A DNA stretch of 64,000 nucleotides from Magallana gigas (taxonomy: Eukaryota): the NCBI RefSeq assembly GCF_963853765.1, contig NC_088854.1, forward strand, positions 23,498,001 to 23,562,000. The letters run 5' to 3'. The position numbers and the translations under genes are program-made. Shown one piece after another: positions 51,297 through 64,000 of this stretch; position 1 is the stretch's first letter; each line of letters opens with the position of its first letter. Below the pieces are notes generated by a model. That model was not told the origin of the DNA, did no database searches, and saw only the letters and a list, made by a program, of their open reading frames with translations.

Positions 51297-54200
51297 ATGG
51301 AGGACTATGAACCGCAGGAATTGCTTATGCAAAATGTTCAGGACATTAGAAAACGATTATTGGACACTGAAAGGAACTTAAAGAAACTATCAAAGATTGA
51401 GAAGAAGGGGAATTATGATGAGTAAGTCATACTTTCAATGTTAAGAGGGTTTTAGGTCTAAGTAGAATGCAAAGAATGTGTGGAATGTGCTGATTTAAGA
51501 TTATTCTCTGCTGCTAAAAAAAAAAGATTTAATCTTGTATACAAACCCAATTATGTTAACTGGCTTTTGCAACAGTTGAAAGATATGTTTTTAGTATAGC
51601 AAATTGTATTTTGCAACTAAAGCATTTTTTGAACAATTAAAATCAAATGGGTGAATTATTATTAGAGACATTCACATTTAATAACAGGCTTATGTTATTT
51701 AAAAAACAATGGATTAATTAATAGACATTAATATTAATAGATATCTATACTATATATCATTGTAGTTCGGATCTGGAATCTATTTCAACACTGAACAGTT
51801 TGCCTGTGACTGAAAGGCTTGTCGTAACAATGGATGATTTAATGAGGAACCCTCATCATCATGATGTTTCTTGTGACAAGGACAGTATTAAGTCTGGACT
51901 AGCCACCCTACCAGAGTCTTCTTATGCTGGATTTGAACGCATTCAGCATGCATCCAGCACCCCTAATAAACCACAGGTAAGTGTCATTGATTAAGCAAGG
52001 GAATAATATGGGGTATACTTACTACCAATATTTCATATTTATCCCCCAAGAGAAAGATTCCCTTTTGATGAGTAAAACATTCTCCTTACATAAAATGGAA
52101 AGCCCATTTTTCCCCATTTTATTGGGCATATAGCTACCCAAAATTGGGTTACATATGGAAATTGTGTGAACATGTGAATTATTTACCAGGGAGGCATTTT
52201 ATGCTATCTATTCAATTTCGGCCAGGGGTCTCTAACCCCTGAAACTCCCTGCAGGGCTCTGACCACTGGCTGATTTTTCCAATTTCTCCAGAATGAGTAG
52301 TTCCCCCATAACCTAGATTAATCCCTGTTAGCGGCAATGCAAGGTTTAGATATCATTTTGCCCTTAAAACAATCATATGTGTTTAACGGTATTTTGGTTA
52401 TACCCAATGATATTAAAATTGTAGGAACCAGGCATTGCATCTAGTAATCATTGTCTATTGTTCTATATTTTTCATGTTCAATATTTATCAACACTAGAAT
52501 GAAAATGTCTTGATATTTCTGTAAACATGAAGTTTTTATTCAGCAGGCATTTAGTCGCCTAGACAGACATGATAGAGTTCAGTTCATGGAGAGAGGCTCT
52601 CAACAGGAGTCGGGAGAAATCCGGTATCTAAAAGAGGCAAACAAAAAACTGCTCCAACAAAACCATAAACTTCTAGGGGAGATGGAACGATATAGTGATG
52701 AATTAAATGCTGCCAGATCTAAGGTATGTTAGCAAGGAGCATGATGGATCACAAATTTAAACCAAAATTACCCCACAGATTATTACAGATTCTTTTCTCA
52801 ATATTAAAAGGAGAATTATTTTGTTTAACAATTATTAGTGATAAATCTATTTTGGACAACATGACTAAGAATGTGATGGTAATGCAGCTGTAAGTTGTAC
52901 ATTTGTGAGTAATGAATAGGTTGTTCCACTTGTGTCATAACATTTTGATTTTACAGCTTAAGAACATAGTTTGGGGTTGATTCCTTTATCTTATTACAAG
53001 TCTGTGTACTCATTGGGAATTTAAAGTCTATTGGTACACTGTAGATAAGTTTGCATTGTACCTCTGTGTTATCACATCCACAGTATTTGTTAAAAAGTTG
53101 TACACAGGCAGAGGATGAGTTGTTCCCCTTTACCTACTAAATTATGTGTACTTACCGTTAAATTAGATAATTTCACAATGACTTTTAATGCTGACAGGAC
53201 TAATTACTTGTAAATATTATGTTTTAACCTGAAAATCTATGACATTATAGGTACAAGAACTAAGTACTGAGTTGGATGAATATCGTCAAAGTGTGCCTGA
53301 CCTGGAGGATAGGATTGTTGGACTGCAAGCAGAAACTGACTCCCAAGACAAGGCATTAAGAGAGGCTGAAGAAAGATACGAGAAAATAGAAAGACAAAAT
53401 GCTGATTATCAACTGCAAATTAAGCAGAATAAACAGGAAATAGAGGATCTCCAATCAGATTTAAATGATGAGAGGAAAAAAAGAAAGGGGTAAATCCCTC
53501 TCTTTTTGGCGGTTATTAAAATACCGTAATTACACATGTCAAGAATTAACAGTTATTCACATCCCTATACATGTATAGTTTTTCATTCCTTTTCTAGCAT
53601 GCAAAATATAAGAGAGATACTCAATTTACACCTAATTACAGGGCTGAAGTTCAGAGGGACGAGGCTTTGCAGAATTTCATTGATGCTCAGGAGACCTTAG
53701 AAGATTACCAAAGGAAAGCAAAAGATAAAACCAGAAAGGTGAATGCTCAAAATAATTTTTGCGTGGCATGGAAGGTACTCATTAGAGTGCAGTAAATAAA
53801 CCCGCTGTCAATATTTTGTAGTTGGAGAACAATGAAGATTACCTGAGAGACAGTCTTGGAGAGGCCAACCAGGAACGAGAGGATCTACTGGAAAGAATCT
53901 CTCTTCTTCAAGCAAAACTCAAAAGTCAGAATGAAGAGATAAGGTATGGGAGTATTAAAATACTTGTAGATTCTTTTGAAATCAGACTAACACAAATATA
54001 TTGAACCCCTTTTTATCCAGTAAAGATTCCCAAATCAACATTTTTGCAGATTTATTGCACTTGCACTTCAATAACCAGTATTCAAAGTTTCCAATTGTCT
54101 TTCGAACTGTTGTATTAATTATCTAAGGAATGTATGCTTTATTGGCTTTAATTACATGTATGTACAGGAGACTGGAGCTGTTGGAACATGTAGAGCTGGA

Positions 54201-57200
54201 TAGCAGAAGAGATCTGGAGAAACAGAATGCAGAACTTAAATCATTACTAGCCAAAAACACATCAAAACTTAGTAAGTGATCTACAGTGTAATAGTTAAAA
54301 CTCTTGCAAGTATATTCTTTTGCAAGGCATAATAGGAATTTGTTAAGAAATCATATAAAACCCATAATTGTTGTTCATTTTCATAATTTTAATTCTTTTT
54401 GTAATGAATTACAGGCAAACTTGAAACCGAATCTTTAACGGTGGAAAGTCTGAAGCGGGAGAATAGTCGACTACAGAGCCAAGTTGACCACCAGAGGGAG
54501 CAGCTGTCTGTGTGTCAGCAGGAGATCGAGGAGAGTCGGACCATGCTGTCCCAGCTAGAACAGCTCGCACAGCAGGTCCAAAACCAGAACAAATCACAAA
54601 ATGTAAGTTTAATATGCACCTATGCACATCTCAAAGAATAAATCTTATCTCCCGTAAAAATAAGTTTTATTTTTAAGAGTCACAACAGGTAACAAATACT
54701 TATGATTTAAAACAAAATTAATAAAAAACAAAAACAAATTCAGTACCCTACTTGTAGAAATATCCAATTTTTAACCCATAAAAAAGTCAATGTCAATTAT
54801 GAGGACATTAAACACTAAAAGTAATTAAATTTCATAATTAATTTGCTGTTTTAATGCAATCTAGAATAACTGTATTACTAACAGAGGGGAGCGAGCTTCA
54901 ATGACAGTGGTGTATACAGTGTTAGTGTGCGGGCTGTCGCCGACTCCTCCAAAAGCCAGTCACACGACATGGGATCTGCTACATTTTATCGGTCCGCCGG
55001 GGCAGAATACGGAGCCAGCGAACAAGTATCTGCAGCCTCAGGGGGGGCCAGGGCCATTCTGCAGGATCTCAGGTACATGTAACGGTTGTCAAAATTGTTG
55101 GTGTGTTCAGGTAGTAACTTACATTAATATGTATACATGTTCATGTTTTAAAATGTTTATTGTCATCTTATTACATGTAAATGAAATTCAATTATTTCAG
55201 CTTGCATTTGATTTGTTTTTATCTAAATCTTAATTTTTGAAAAGTAAAGACAATGACATAATTTATATAAAGCACAAGTATCATTTCTGTCTGGGTAAGA
55301 TGAAAAAATCTAAATGATTTTTCAAACTACATCTTGAAATAAAGTTTTAATGTTCACTGCTTCCAATAAGATTAATTTACAGTACATGTTTAATTTACAT
55401 TGTTTTTCAAAAAAACAGGTACCGGTATATAAAAGATCTTATTCCAATTTCTTAAATTTTTTTTTAAAATTTGGGGGGGGTTGGGGGGGTTGCTATGAAA
55501 CAATCTGGATCATTTTACCTCTTGTTTACATCAGGATGCAGCTTGCGATGAAGGATGCAGAGATTCAGCGTCTACATTCTTGTCTACAATCTCAGGAGGC
55601 CAGCAGTCAGACCATGCTGATAGAGAGCCTACGTCAGGAGCTGACCAGCATGCTGGAGAATAAGCATCAAGGTGGGTGCTCAGCAATCAACATCAGCATA
55701 CAAACAAGAATTAGTACATATATTGACTATTTTGTTTATAGGTAATGTTGATTGGGTTGTATTTGATCTTGAAGTTAGTAGGATGCAAGAAAAAAGATAT
55801 GCTTAGGATGTATATAACTTTTTGGATTTCAATCTTACAGTAAAAGAATCAACAGAAGGTTTTTATTTTATTCATGTGTAAGTTCTTGTACAAACATTTT
55901 ATTGTTTGTTTATTCGAACAACAATGTGAAAAAAAATTTATCTTTGATTTCTTTTTGAATGATTTTTATTGTGTAAAAATGCTTAAATTCACTAAATGTT
56001 TTAGGATTTGTAACTTTTCCTTAAATTCCAACTTATTCAGACAAGGACTGTGTATATTCAATATATTTATATGTACTTTAACAGTACAGTACCTGTATTA
56101 ATAATTTTTTGTTCCAAACATAAAATCAAACTGCATGAAACCAGAAAAATCAGTTTAAATTGCATGTATGTGTGTTAGTACATGTAGGTAGAATGACTCC
56201 TATATTGTATATAGAGAAATTTCTGATTAACTTTGCATACTTTGATAAATGAAAAATGTACTTCAACATTGTACATGTCATTTATTGTAAATGGAACAGG
56301 TGCCCACAAAGTCCAGGAACTTGAGATGCTAGTGTCTCAGTATGAAGCAGACAAGTCTCGACTCGCTGGGGAAATAGCCGAGTTAAAGCGAGAGATCGGG
56401 GATAAGGAGACTCAGAACACATCGTTTGAGAACAGAATCACTCAAAGAAACTCACAGCTGATTGAGTTACAGGAACAGATCAATCACAAATGTACTGAGA
56501 TTAGCAACCTTGAGAGAGAGGTAAGCTATTATAGTAATACATATACTTGTATAATTTCTTATTTTCACAGTGGAAGAGGAAAATATCTTGGTTACTTTTC
56601 CTTTTAAAGTTGAATGCTTAACAGTAATACCATTGCTTGTACATCATCTTTTTTACTTGTCTACATCTAAGACCAAATATCTTGAGAGAGTTTATAACTG
56701 AAATTTTCTGTATATAGGTGAGGAAAAAATCTTCTCAAATAAATCAATTGGAGGAGCAACTGGATGAAAAATCCATTGAGTTTTCCAACTGTGTGTCCAG
56801 GGTCAAACAATTGGAGCATGACGTGACCTTCAGGGATGAAGAAATAACCAGGATTCAAGTGGAGCTGAAGGAGAAACAGCAAGGCCTGCAGCAGCTCAGA
56901 ACCAGTACAGATAGGAACCAGCAACTACACCAAGAACAGTGTAAAGACTATGAAAAACAGATAGAAATAGTAAGGACTTCTTGGTTTGTTTGTGTGTCTT
57001 TATTCTCATAAGAATTCACTTGCTGATTTGTGTACTTGTCCTGATTTGTATGAAGAAGACTTGACCCATGTATTTTCAGCAATGATGTTTGGTGTTGGAC
57101 TTAAATTTATGGATTTTGTAAATACATCTCGCCCATGAATTTAAGTCTCCACATGAATTGACACATCATGCATGAATGTACTTGAATACAAGTTTGACTG

Positions 57201-60200
57201 AAAACATTTCTATATATATTTATGTAACCAGGAACTTTTAGATTTTCTAAAATCTCATGTAATATGAATAAATTCACAGTTTTTCAACTTTTGGAAGATG
57301 ATTTATGATGTGACACATAAAAGGAAAAAATTATTTTAAAAAAACTTGTATTTACAACATATCGAAATATTATGTTATTTTTCCAGCTAATTTTGATGGC
57401 CATATGTGTTTCAAGAGTATGAAAATGTTTAGTTGAAATGTTCAGTATTATGTGAGATTGTAATTGTTCTTTCACTCACTTAATTTATTTTTGTAGCTTC
57501 AAAAGGAAATGGAGAGCAAATCCTCTGTGTATCAAGAAAATTCCAGTCAACTGTCTCACCATAGAAGAGAACTTGATGAAAAAAATTCACAGCTTAAGAA
57601 ATTACAAAAAGAACTCGATAGAACAAAAGAGGTGATGCACTAAATTCAGATGATTTTAATTATTCAAAACAAAAGAAATGAATCCTGAAAAAGTCTATCT
57701 ATAATCTTTCATCATTATTTTATATAAATGGACTTCTACTTTTGCTGTAAGAGATTGATGAAATTTGTTTCCCTTTGTTTTAAAGATCATAAGATTTGAT
57801 AGGTTTTTCTTTGTTCTGAAAAATTGTCTGATAGAAAGATTCTTTTCAGTAGCGAGTTAATATAAGTGTTAATATTCTTTTCTTTCTCTATGTAGGAGCT
57901 AGAGGTACAAACCCAGCAGAGTCGGTTTGCCATTCGACAGCTGGAGACCCAGGCTCATGAAGGGACATCTCAGATGAAGCAGCTCGAGATGGCACTACTT
58001 CAGTGCAAGGAAGAAATCAAGACCTATCTCGGGGCCCTGGAAGAATCTCGAGACAAGTATGACCGAGATATCAGGCACAAGGAAGAAATGGTAATCATGT
58101 GCTCTCTGCTCAAAACTGCTGATTTTAACGTAAGATAAACACCTGCAGATGTATTCTCAAGAAATATGTTGCTGATGTAAACTAGCAGAGTAAAATCTCC
58201 CCATATATACCCATATGGAAAAATTGGTGGTTCTTCAGCCGAGGGTGTTAAAGATCAATTTTGTAATTAAATTAAAGTAGTAAATGAATTATTTACAGCC
58301 GGTTATTCAAATTTCAAATCATTCAATTCATTATAATCAGTAAACATGTAAATGTATGTAAGCATAACACTTCCTGTAAAATGACTTAATTAACACTGTA
58401 CTTGCAGAACATGTATTTGCAGGAAGTACATGTATATTGGCTGTTTTAATTGTATATTAGCCATGAATTGGTTGATATCTTGCTTTGAGTACATTTTAAA
58501 TCAAGTGAATGAAATATTTCATTTATCAAAGAGTGTAAAGGGAAAGGTGTTTTGTAGGTAATTATTGAGGATAACCCTGACATTTACACTACCTCCACCT
58601 GGCGTATATATCATGTAGGTGTCTGTCAGCTGCACTAATTACATGTATCAGCATGTGAGACAGCCTTCTTCTGTGTGTTGAGTTTGTCAGACAGCAGGGT
58701 TTTAACCGACCATTGCATGTACATGTAGTTAGTAGATCAGCAAGTGTACAGTTCAGGTCTCCTAAACAGATTAAGCCAAATTTGAATTGTCATTTGACCA
58801 TGTGTTAATGTTTGATCAACTTGTCGATGTTGCTGTGAGTTTTCAAACTTGTGTTCAAATCCATACCGTAACTTCATGTCCATTACATCATCTTGGATGA
58901 CAGGGAAAATAAATTAACTCCATTCATGTAAAAAAACATGTACATGGTTCACCCCCATATCATTTTACTGATAACAATGAAAGTGCATGTACCTGATTTG
59001 TTAATAAGGGTAATTTTATATTATTCATCAGATTTATTTCATATTAATGTATTTTTCTTAAGATATTTCATTATTTGGTACATGTACATTTTTTTCAAAG
59101 AATATGTATTTAGTACTTATTAATTTTTTGCTACTCTCAATTTATATAAAATTTATCTGATACAAGTACAATGTAAGTTTTTGTAAAATATTGACTAATT
59201 TGGTTTTTTTCCATTATGACAAAAGACTTGTTTATGATATAAAAGGTGAACAAAATGGAAAGACATATTAAGCAGATCCAGAAGGCTTTAGAAGAAAAAT
59301 ATCAAGAAAACATTGACTTGGAGAAAACAGTGTTTGAACATCAAACTATGCTACAACAAAGCACAACCAGAATAGCGGAGTTAGAAGACATCCAATCAGA
59401 GCTAGGGAAACAGGTGAGAGAATTCAACGCGTCCAATCATCCATGCTTGATAGTGTCACTGGTAAAACAAGCAGGTAGCAAGTAAAAGAAAGGAAAATAT
59501 TCATAGAAAATAATACTGCTATTAATAAGTGGAAAGGAAATCAACATATAGATATAAAACGACATACAGCCAATAAATTAATGTTAATTGTATAAAATGT
59601 TCATTTAAGGTCTCAAAGTTGGAACACCAGCTGCTGACACAGAAAGCTCAGTCCATGACAGAATCTCAGATGACAGAGAAGAAACTCAAACAAGCCTGTG
59701 AAGATCTGGAGCACCGCACAGTGACCATCAACAAGCTCACTGACGCCCTCAGGTCTGTCATCTTGTGAAACAAAGACCACATGAAAATTGACCTTGACAT
59801 TGCGGTGTTCTACAGATCAAATCTGAAGAAAAACTTTTTTGCACATAAGAATATTTATGCACACATTTTCTAGAAGTTGAAAAACTGAAAACCTTTTTCT
59901 TTTATTAAGAGCTCTTACCTACACTGTACCTTGCATGGCATCTTACTGTTAGCTGTTGTTTATTATCAAAATTATTTCTGTAGGGAGTTAGAAGTGGAGA
60001 AGAAGAACATGAATGAAGAGATCAACATGTTGGAGCAGCAGCTTCAGGACGAACAGGAAGCGAGCGATGACAAAACCAAGCGGATGTCTAAACTGGAGAA
60101 AGACATCAGAGATCTCCGTGTACAGCTGGAGCAGAAAATAGAGATAGGTTAGTGAATCATGTATCTTGGGGTGATTTTATTTTAGTTTGCAACACCAAAG

Positions 60201-60731
60201 TAAACTATGATTTCACCGAAAAAAAAGATTTGTTTGAATTATTACCCTGTTTACATTGAAGGCAGACAAGAAAATGTATATGTGATTCACCGCTGTCTCT
60301 ATACTTGTATGTGTATTATCAATTCAAATTTTTTTGTTTTAGTAAATGATTATGAAGACCAAATTCAAAAGAAAACACAGGACATGGACCAGCAAGTGCA
60401 ACTGGTCAGTGACCTTGACAGTGAGGTTAAAAGGTTACAGGTAAGTCATACTGACTGGAAAATCAATGCACAAAAATTTTCTACCCTAAAATTTCTCCCA
60501 ATCTTTAGCCCTTTAAATACAGTCAGTGGATGGCAGTAGGAATAATGTTTGATATCAAGTATGGTTCCATTTATTGCAGGTGGTCCAAAAACAAGCAATG
60601 GAGCAAAGTGAGGACACAGAAATGAAGCTCCAAAAGGTCATCCGTGAGGACAAGGCCAAGGAGGAGATGATTGAGGACATGAAGGACACCCTCAGGTAGA
60701 GCCCTCAAACATCGATGTTTCTATAGTGAAA

Positions 60732-60802
<71 letters not shown>

Positions 60803-63733
60803 GGAAATTATAAATGAGAAGTGGGAAACATGTATTTTTGAATGTGCTTTAATGCAGTTGCCCCACTTTCTATTTCTGAAAAGCAAATACTTTCGACATT
60901 TTTTCTGTATGAAATATTTTTCCCTGAAGGATGTAAAATGAAAGTGATTTTGATTGATTTCTTCATTTAGAAAAACTCAGGAAGAATTGAATGAGAAACG
61001 TCATGAGGCCTACAAACTCTCAGAGGCACTGGAAGACAGACAGAGGGAGCTACAACAAAGAACGATGCAGGTAAATGAAGCCTACCCATTAACGTTGAGG
61101 CATTCCATATTGTTTCACTCATAGGGATATTGTCTACATACACATACATCTAGGTTCAAAGAACCAGTCAGTTGTTGACAAGAATGTTTTTATCTATTAC
61201 ACTAAGAATGTTTTAAATAATAGGTCACTGAATTGAGCAATACTGTGAAAGAGCAGCATGCAGAGATGAAGCAAAGAATCATGACCCTAGAAAGCTCCCT
61301 CAAGAAATATGAAATGGAAATCCAGGAGCGTACTAAGCAGGTATGTAGCTATGTTTGGGATAGATCGTTGTTTATGATGCAGTTCCTTTGCATAATAATC
61401 TTAATCTGAAAAGCATTCTAAACATACTCGTACGTTATTAGGTATACCTTGGTAAGTTAACTACAGAGGTCTACAGTTGATAGATTTTGATATTGATTAA
61501 AGTTTTGTTTTAGTCTGGTTTAGCTAATAAGAAACATGGGATTTTCAATATCCACTTGTTATTATAAGGATCACTATGTTGCAAAGTTGGAAGCTGATGT
61601 AGAAAGTGTGAAAACAGCTATGATTGTGGTGAATATGTCCATTTGGATGTTTCTGTGTTCCAGATTTTGTTTTATTTTTAATGTTTTACAAAAGAAATTC
61701 AGTTTCTTGACTAAATTATTATGACGTTTTTTTGGTTTGTATTAAAGATATGTTTTTGTTCATTTTACAGATATTTGTAAATGAATAACATTTCATGTAT
61801 AGAGCAATAGTTTTGAATGCTCATACAGGCACTACGTTCTGTCCAAGGTTTTCATTTTTGCAACTGGAATGAAAGTATTTTAATAATAATGTCAGAAGAG
61901 ATGTTTGTAAAAGGTCTGAATAGTTCGAAGATTGACAAACTTGCAAATCCATTTAATCAATTGATTCACAATTTTTTTTTTTATTAACCTAGTAAACAAA
62001 TATGTTTTCTGCTAATTAGCAAATATTTGTGTGTGTAGATTGCGGAGCTTGATGACAGACTTCAGCAGACCCAGTCAGAGCTAGGAGAGATGACCCTTCA
62101 GTATCAACACGCCGACCAGCTGTGTAAAAAACAGAACCTGGAGCTACAGGCAAAGACAGCCAAGCTACAGGAGCTAGAAAAGGTAAGATATAAATGTACA
62201 AAAGCAATCTACATGAGCTAGAAAAGGTATACGTAAGATAGAAAAATTAAAATAAGTATTATGAGGTGAAAATTTGGTTGGGGCGTGATCAAATCCATTA
62301 AAGCCTGAAGGGCTTTATTATAGATTTGATCATGCCCCGACTGAAATTATAACCTTATAATATTCAAAGAATAATCCCTTGTTACTAAAAGTTATAAAAT
62401 TTTCAGCAGTTGTACGATTAAATATTAGAATATTGATTATGCAAACCATGCTTGCGCCGCAACAATGCGTCATTTGAATTTATTGGACTGTATTGTACAA
62501 AATCCATTTGTTGTGTTATCACAGAAAAAGACACCGAAAAATGTTAATATTTACTACTGATATTAACCATTTCCTTTACAGACAGTGGAAAGGCAGCACA
62601 TGAAAATGGAGGAACAAAAAGACGAGAATGTGGAAGTCACTCAGGAGCTGAGACTGACCAGGTATGATCCTTGAAAAATAAATTGGTCTATTTCTCTCTA
62701 AACATACATGTTTTATAAAAGTCTCATATCAACTGTATGAGTATTTGTCAGCAAAATTTTCACACCTACAAATTGTTTGACAGAGAGCAGCTACAGCAAC
62801 AGCACTCAGAATTTATGTCCACGAGACGTCAGCTAGCTCAGGTGAACAGGGAGAATGAACGTCTCAGTCGGGATGTGGAGGAAATAAATATGGTTAAAGA
62901 GGTATGATATTGAGTGTAAGCATATGTACTATTAAAGGTAAATGTATTTATTTACAGAGTACGTAAAAATATTTACTACCATTACCAGGATAAAAAACTT
63001 GTTTTGTCAAAAACTGTGTTTTATTGTAAAATCTGTTTGCATGTAGCTACACTTTTTGCAATTTAACAGTTGAAGTTAGAAGGACTTTGATGATTATGAT
63101 TAAAACGTGAACTTTACCTTTTCCCTTCACAGACAAGAGAAACAGATACAGCTCGTCTTGAGGAGGAGCTGGGAGCCACTAAAGCTCGCGAGGTACAAGC
63201 TGAAACTCGATTGAAAACAGAAATACGCCTCAGAAATGAGGAAATGGAAAGAGTCAGGGAAGAGCATCAAATTTTGGTGAGTTTTTTAGTCAGTCCAACA
63301 GCCATAAACCGTGACTACTTTACATTATCTATAACTAAACGTACAACCACTTCAGAGTGAACGTAGTCTTTTATTCAAGCAACTTAAAAAGAAAACTGTT
63401 CTGACTGATTTTTTAAGTTTTGGTTACAGCATATTTCTCCTATTTATGTGATGTTCATACATGTATATTAATAAATGTAAAAAAAAGTGTGCATTATTAA
63501 GTGTAAACTCTGTGATTCAGGTGGATGAACTACAGCGCTCCATCAGCCACATCAGTGAAGACAAGGAGCGTGTGGAGAGAGACCTGGAGAAGAAGATGAT
63601 CCAGATCAAGGAGCTGGAGATCCACTACCAGGCCCAGTTTGACCTCCTCCAGAAGGAGCTGGAGAATATCCAGGAGGAGATGATAGCCAAGAAACAGCTG
63701 GCTTCGGTGGCCAATGAATCACTCATTATCAAG
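51297..63733 (+). CDS. CCDC18: Coiled-coil domain-containing protein 18 orthologue; 26 coding exons in the window, continues beyond 64000
   Basis: Exons 51297-51421, 51766-51976, 52544-52723, 53251-53489, 53642-53738, 53822-53943, 54168-54271, 54415-54602, 54885-55072, 55535-55671, 56300-56520, 56718-56969, 57497-57631, 57896-58090, 59246-59413, 59610-59752, 59984-60147, 60343-60440, 60580-60695, 60971-61070, 61224-61340, 62039-62182, 62582-62661, 62784-62901, 63133-63276 and 63521-63733; phases are consistent. VPDLEDRIVGLQAETDSQDKALREAE and GAEVQRDEAL resemble human CCDC18 [26 protein letters not shown] and RAERQRNEAL as recalled. Confidence 0.8.
60734..60800. repeat. (CT)n microsatellite, about 33 units
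   Basis: Directly visible in a CCDC18 intron. Confidence 0.95.
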
Positions 63734-64000
63734 GTAAGTGTACCCACAGAAAAACTAACTCACTGAATCGTTTAGATAATCTCTAGGGTCCAGGGCCATA
63801 AAACTCAGATGAGCTTGCTTTTGATCTCAGTCTCACTTTTCCACTCTATATTTCTTGTTTTAAAGTGAGACTAACATGTAGATCTAAAGAGAGCTCATCT
63901 GAGATTTATTGCTGCAGGGCCTATTTTAAGCCTCTTTGTTTCTTTATTGTGAATTTACATTTAAATCGTGTCCTTTATTGTGAATTGTTATGAATAACAT

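Noticed and set aside
54901-55233. 110-aa ORF
   Set aside because: Alternative frame over a CCDC18 exon; the phase-consistent frame is a different one.
60692-60941. ER- and SL-repeat ORFs
   Set aside because: Translations of the (CT)n microsatellite.

Overview
AT-rich, intron-rich animal genomic DNA; gene and repeat content point to a bivalve, probably an oyster (inference). No prokaryotic features are present, and most ORF-track entries are single exons or chance ORFs. Six spliced genes were rebuilt by hand with frame-consistent splice phases: ANKRD10 (minus, 1575-7402), SNX25 (plus, 14325-24992, 22 coding exons), an unnamed secreted 251-aa protein (plus, 32220-34167), a Star-like FkbM methyltransferase-family membrane protein (plus, 39965-44588), RPL5 (minus, 46638-50668) and CCDC18 (plus, 51297 to beyond the window). 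RPL5 intron 1 holds a box C/D snoRNA resembling SNORD104/snR58. Intergenic and intronic DNA carries a broken Crypton (DUF3504) element, Helentron-type non-autonomous elements, many MITEs and SINE fragments. The most interesting signals concern splicing: (1) two tandem paralogous copies of ANKRD10 exon 2 separated by a 51-nt intron, a candidate mutually exclusive pair, plus a stop-containing cassette exon in the same gene; (2) a roughly 10-copy tandem array of a 3' splice site in front of the SNX25 RGS exon. Two apparently ancient gene linkages (ANKRD10/37-SNX25 and RPL5-CCDC18) are also noted. Family names rest on recalled sequences, not on database searches.
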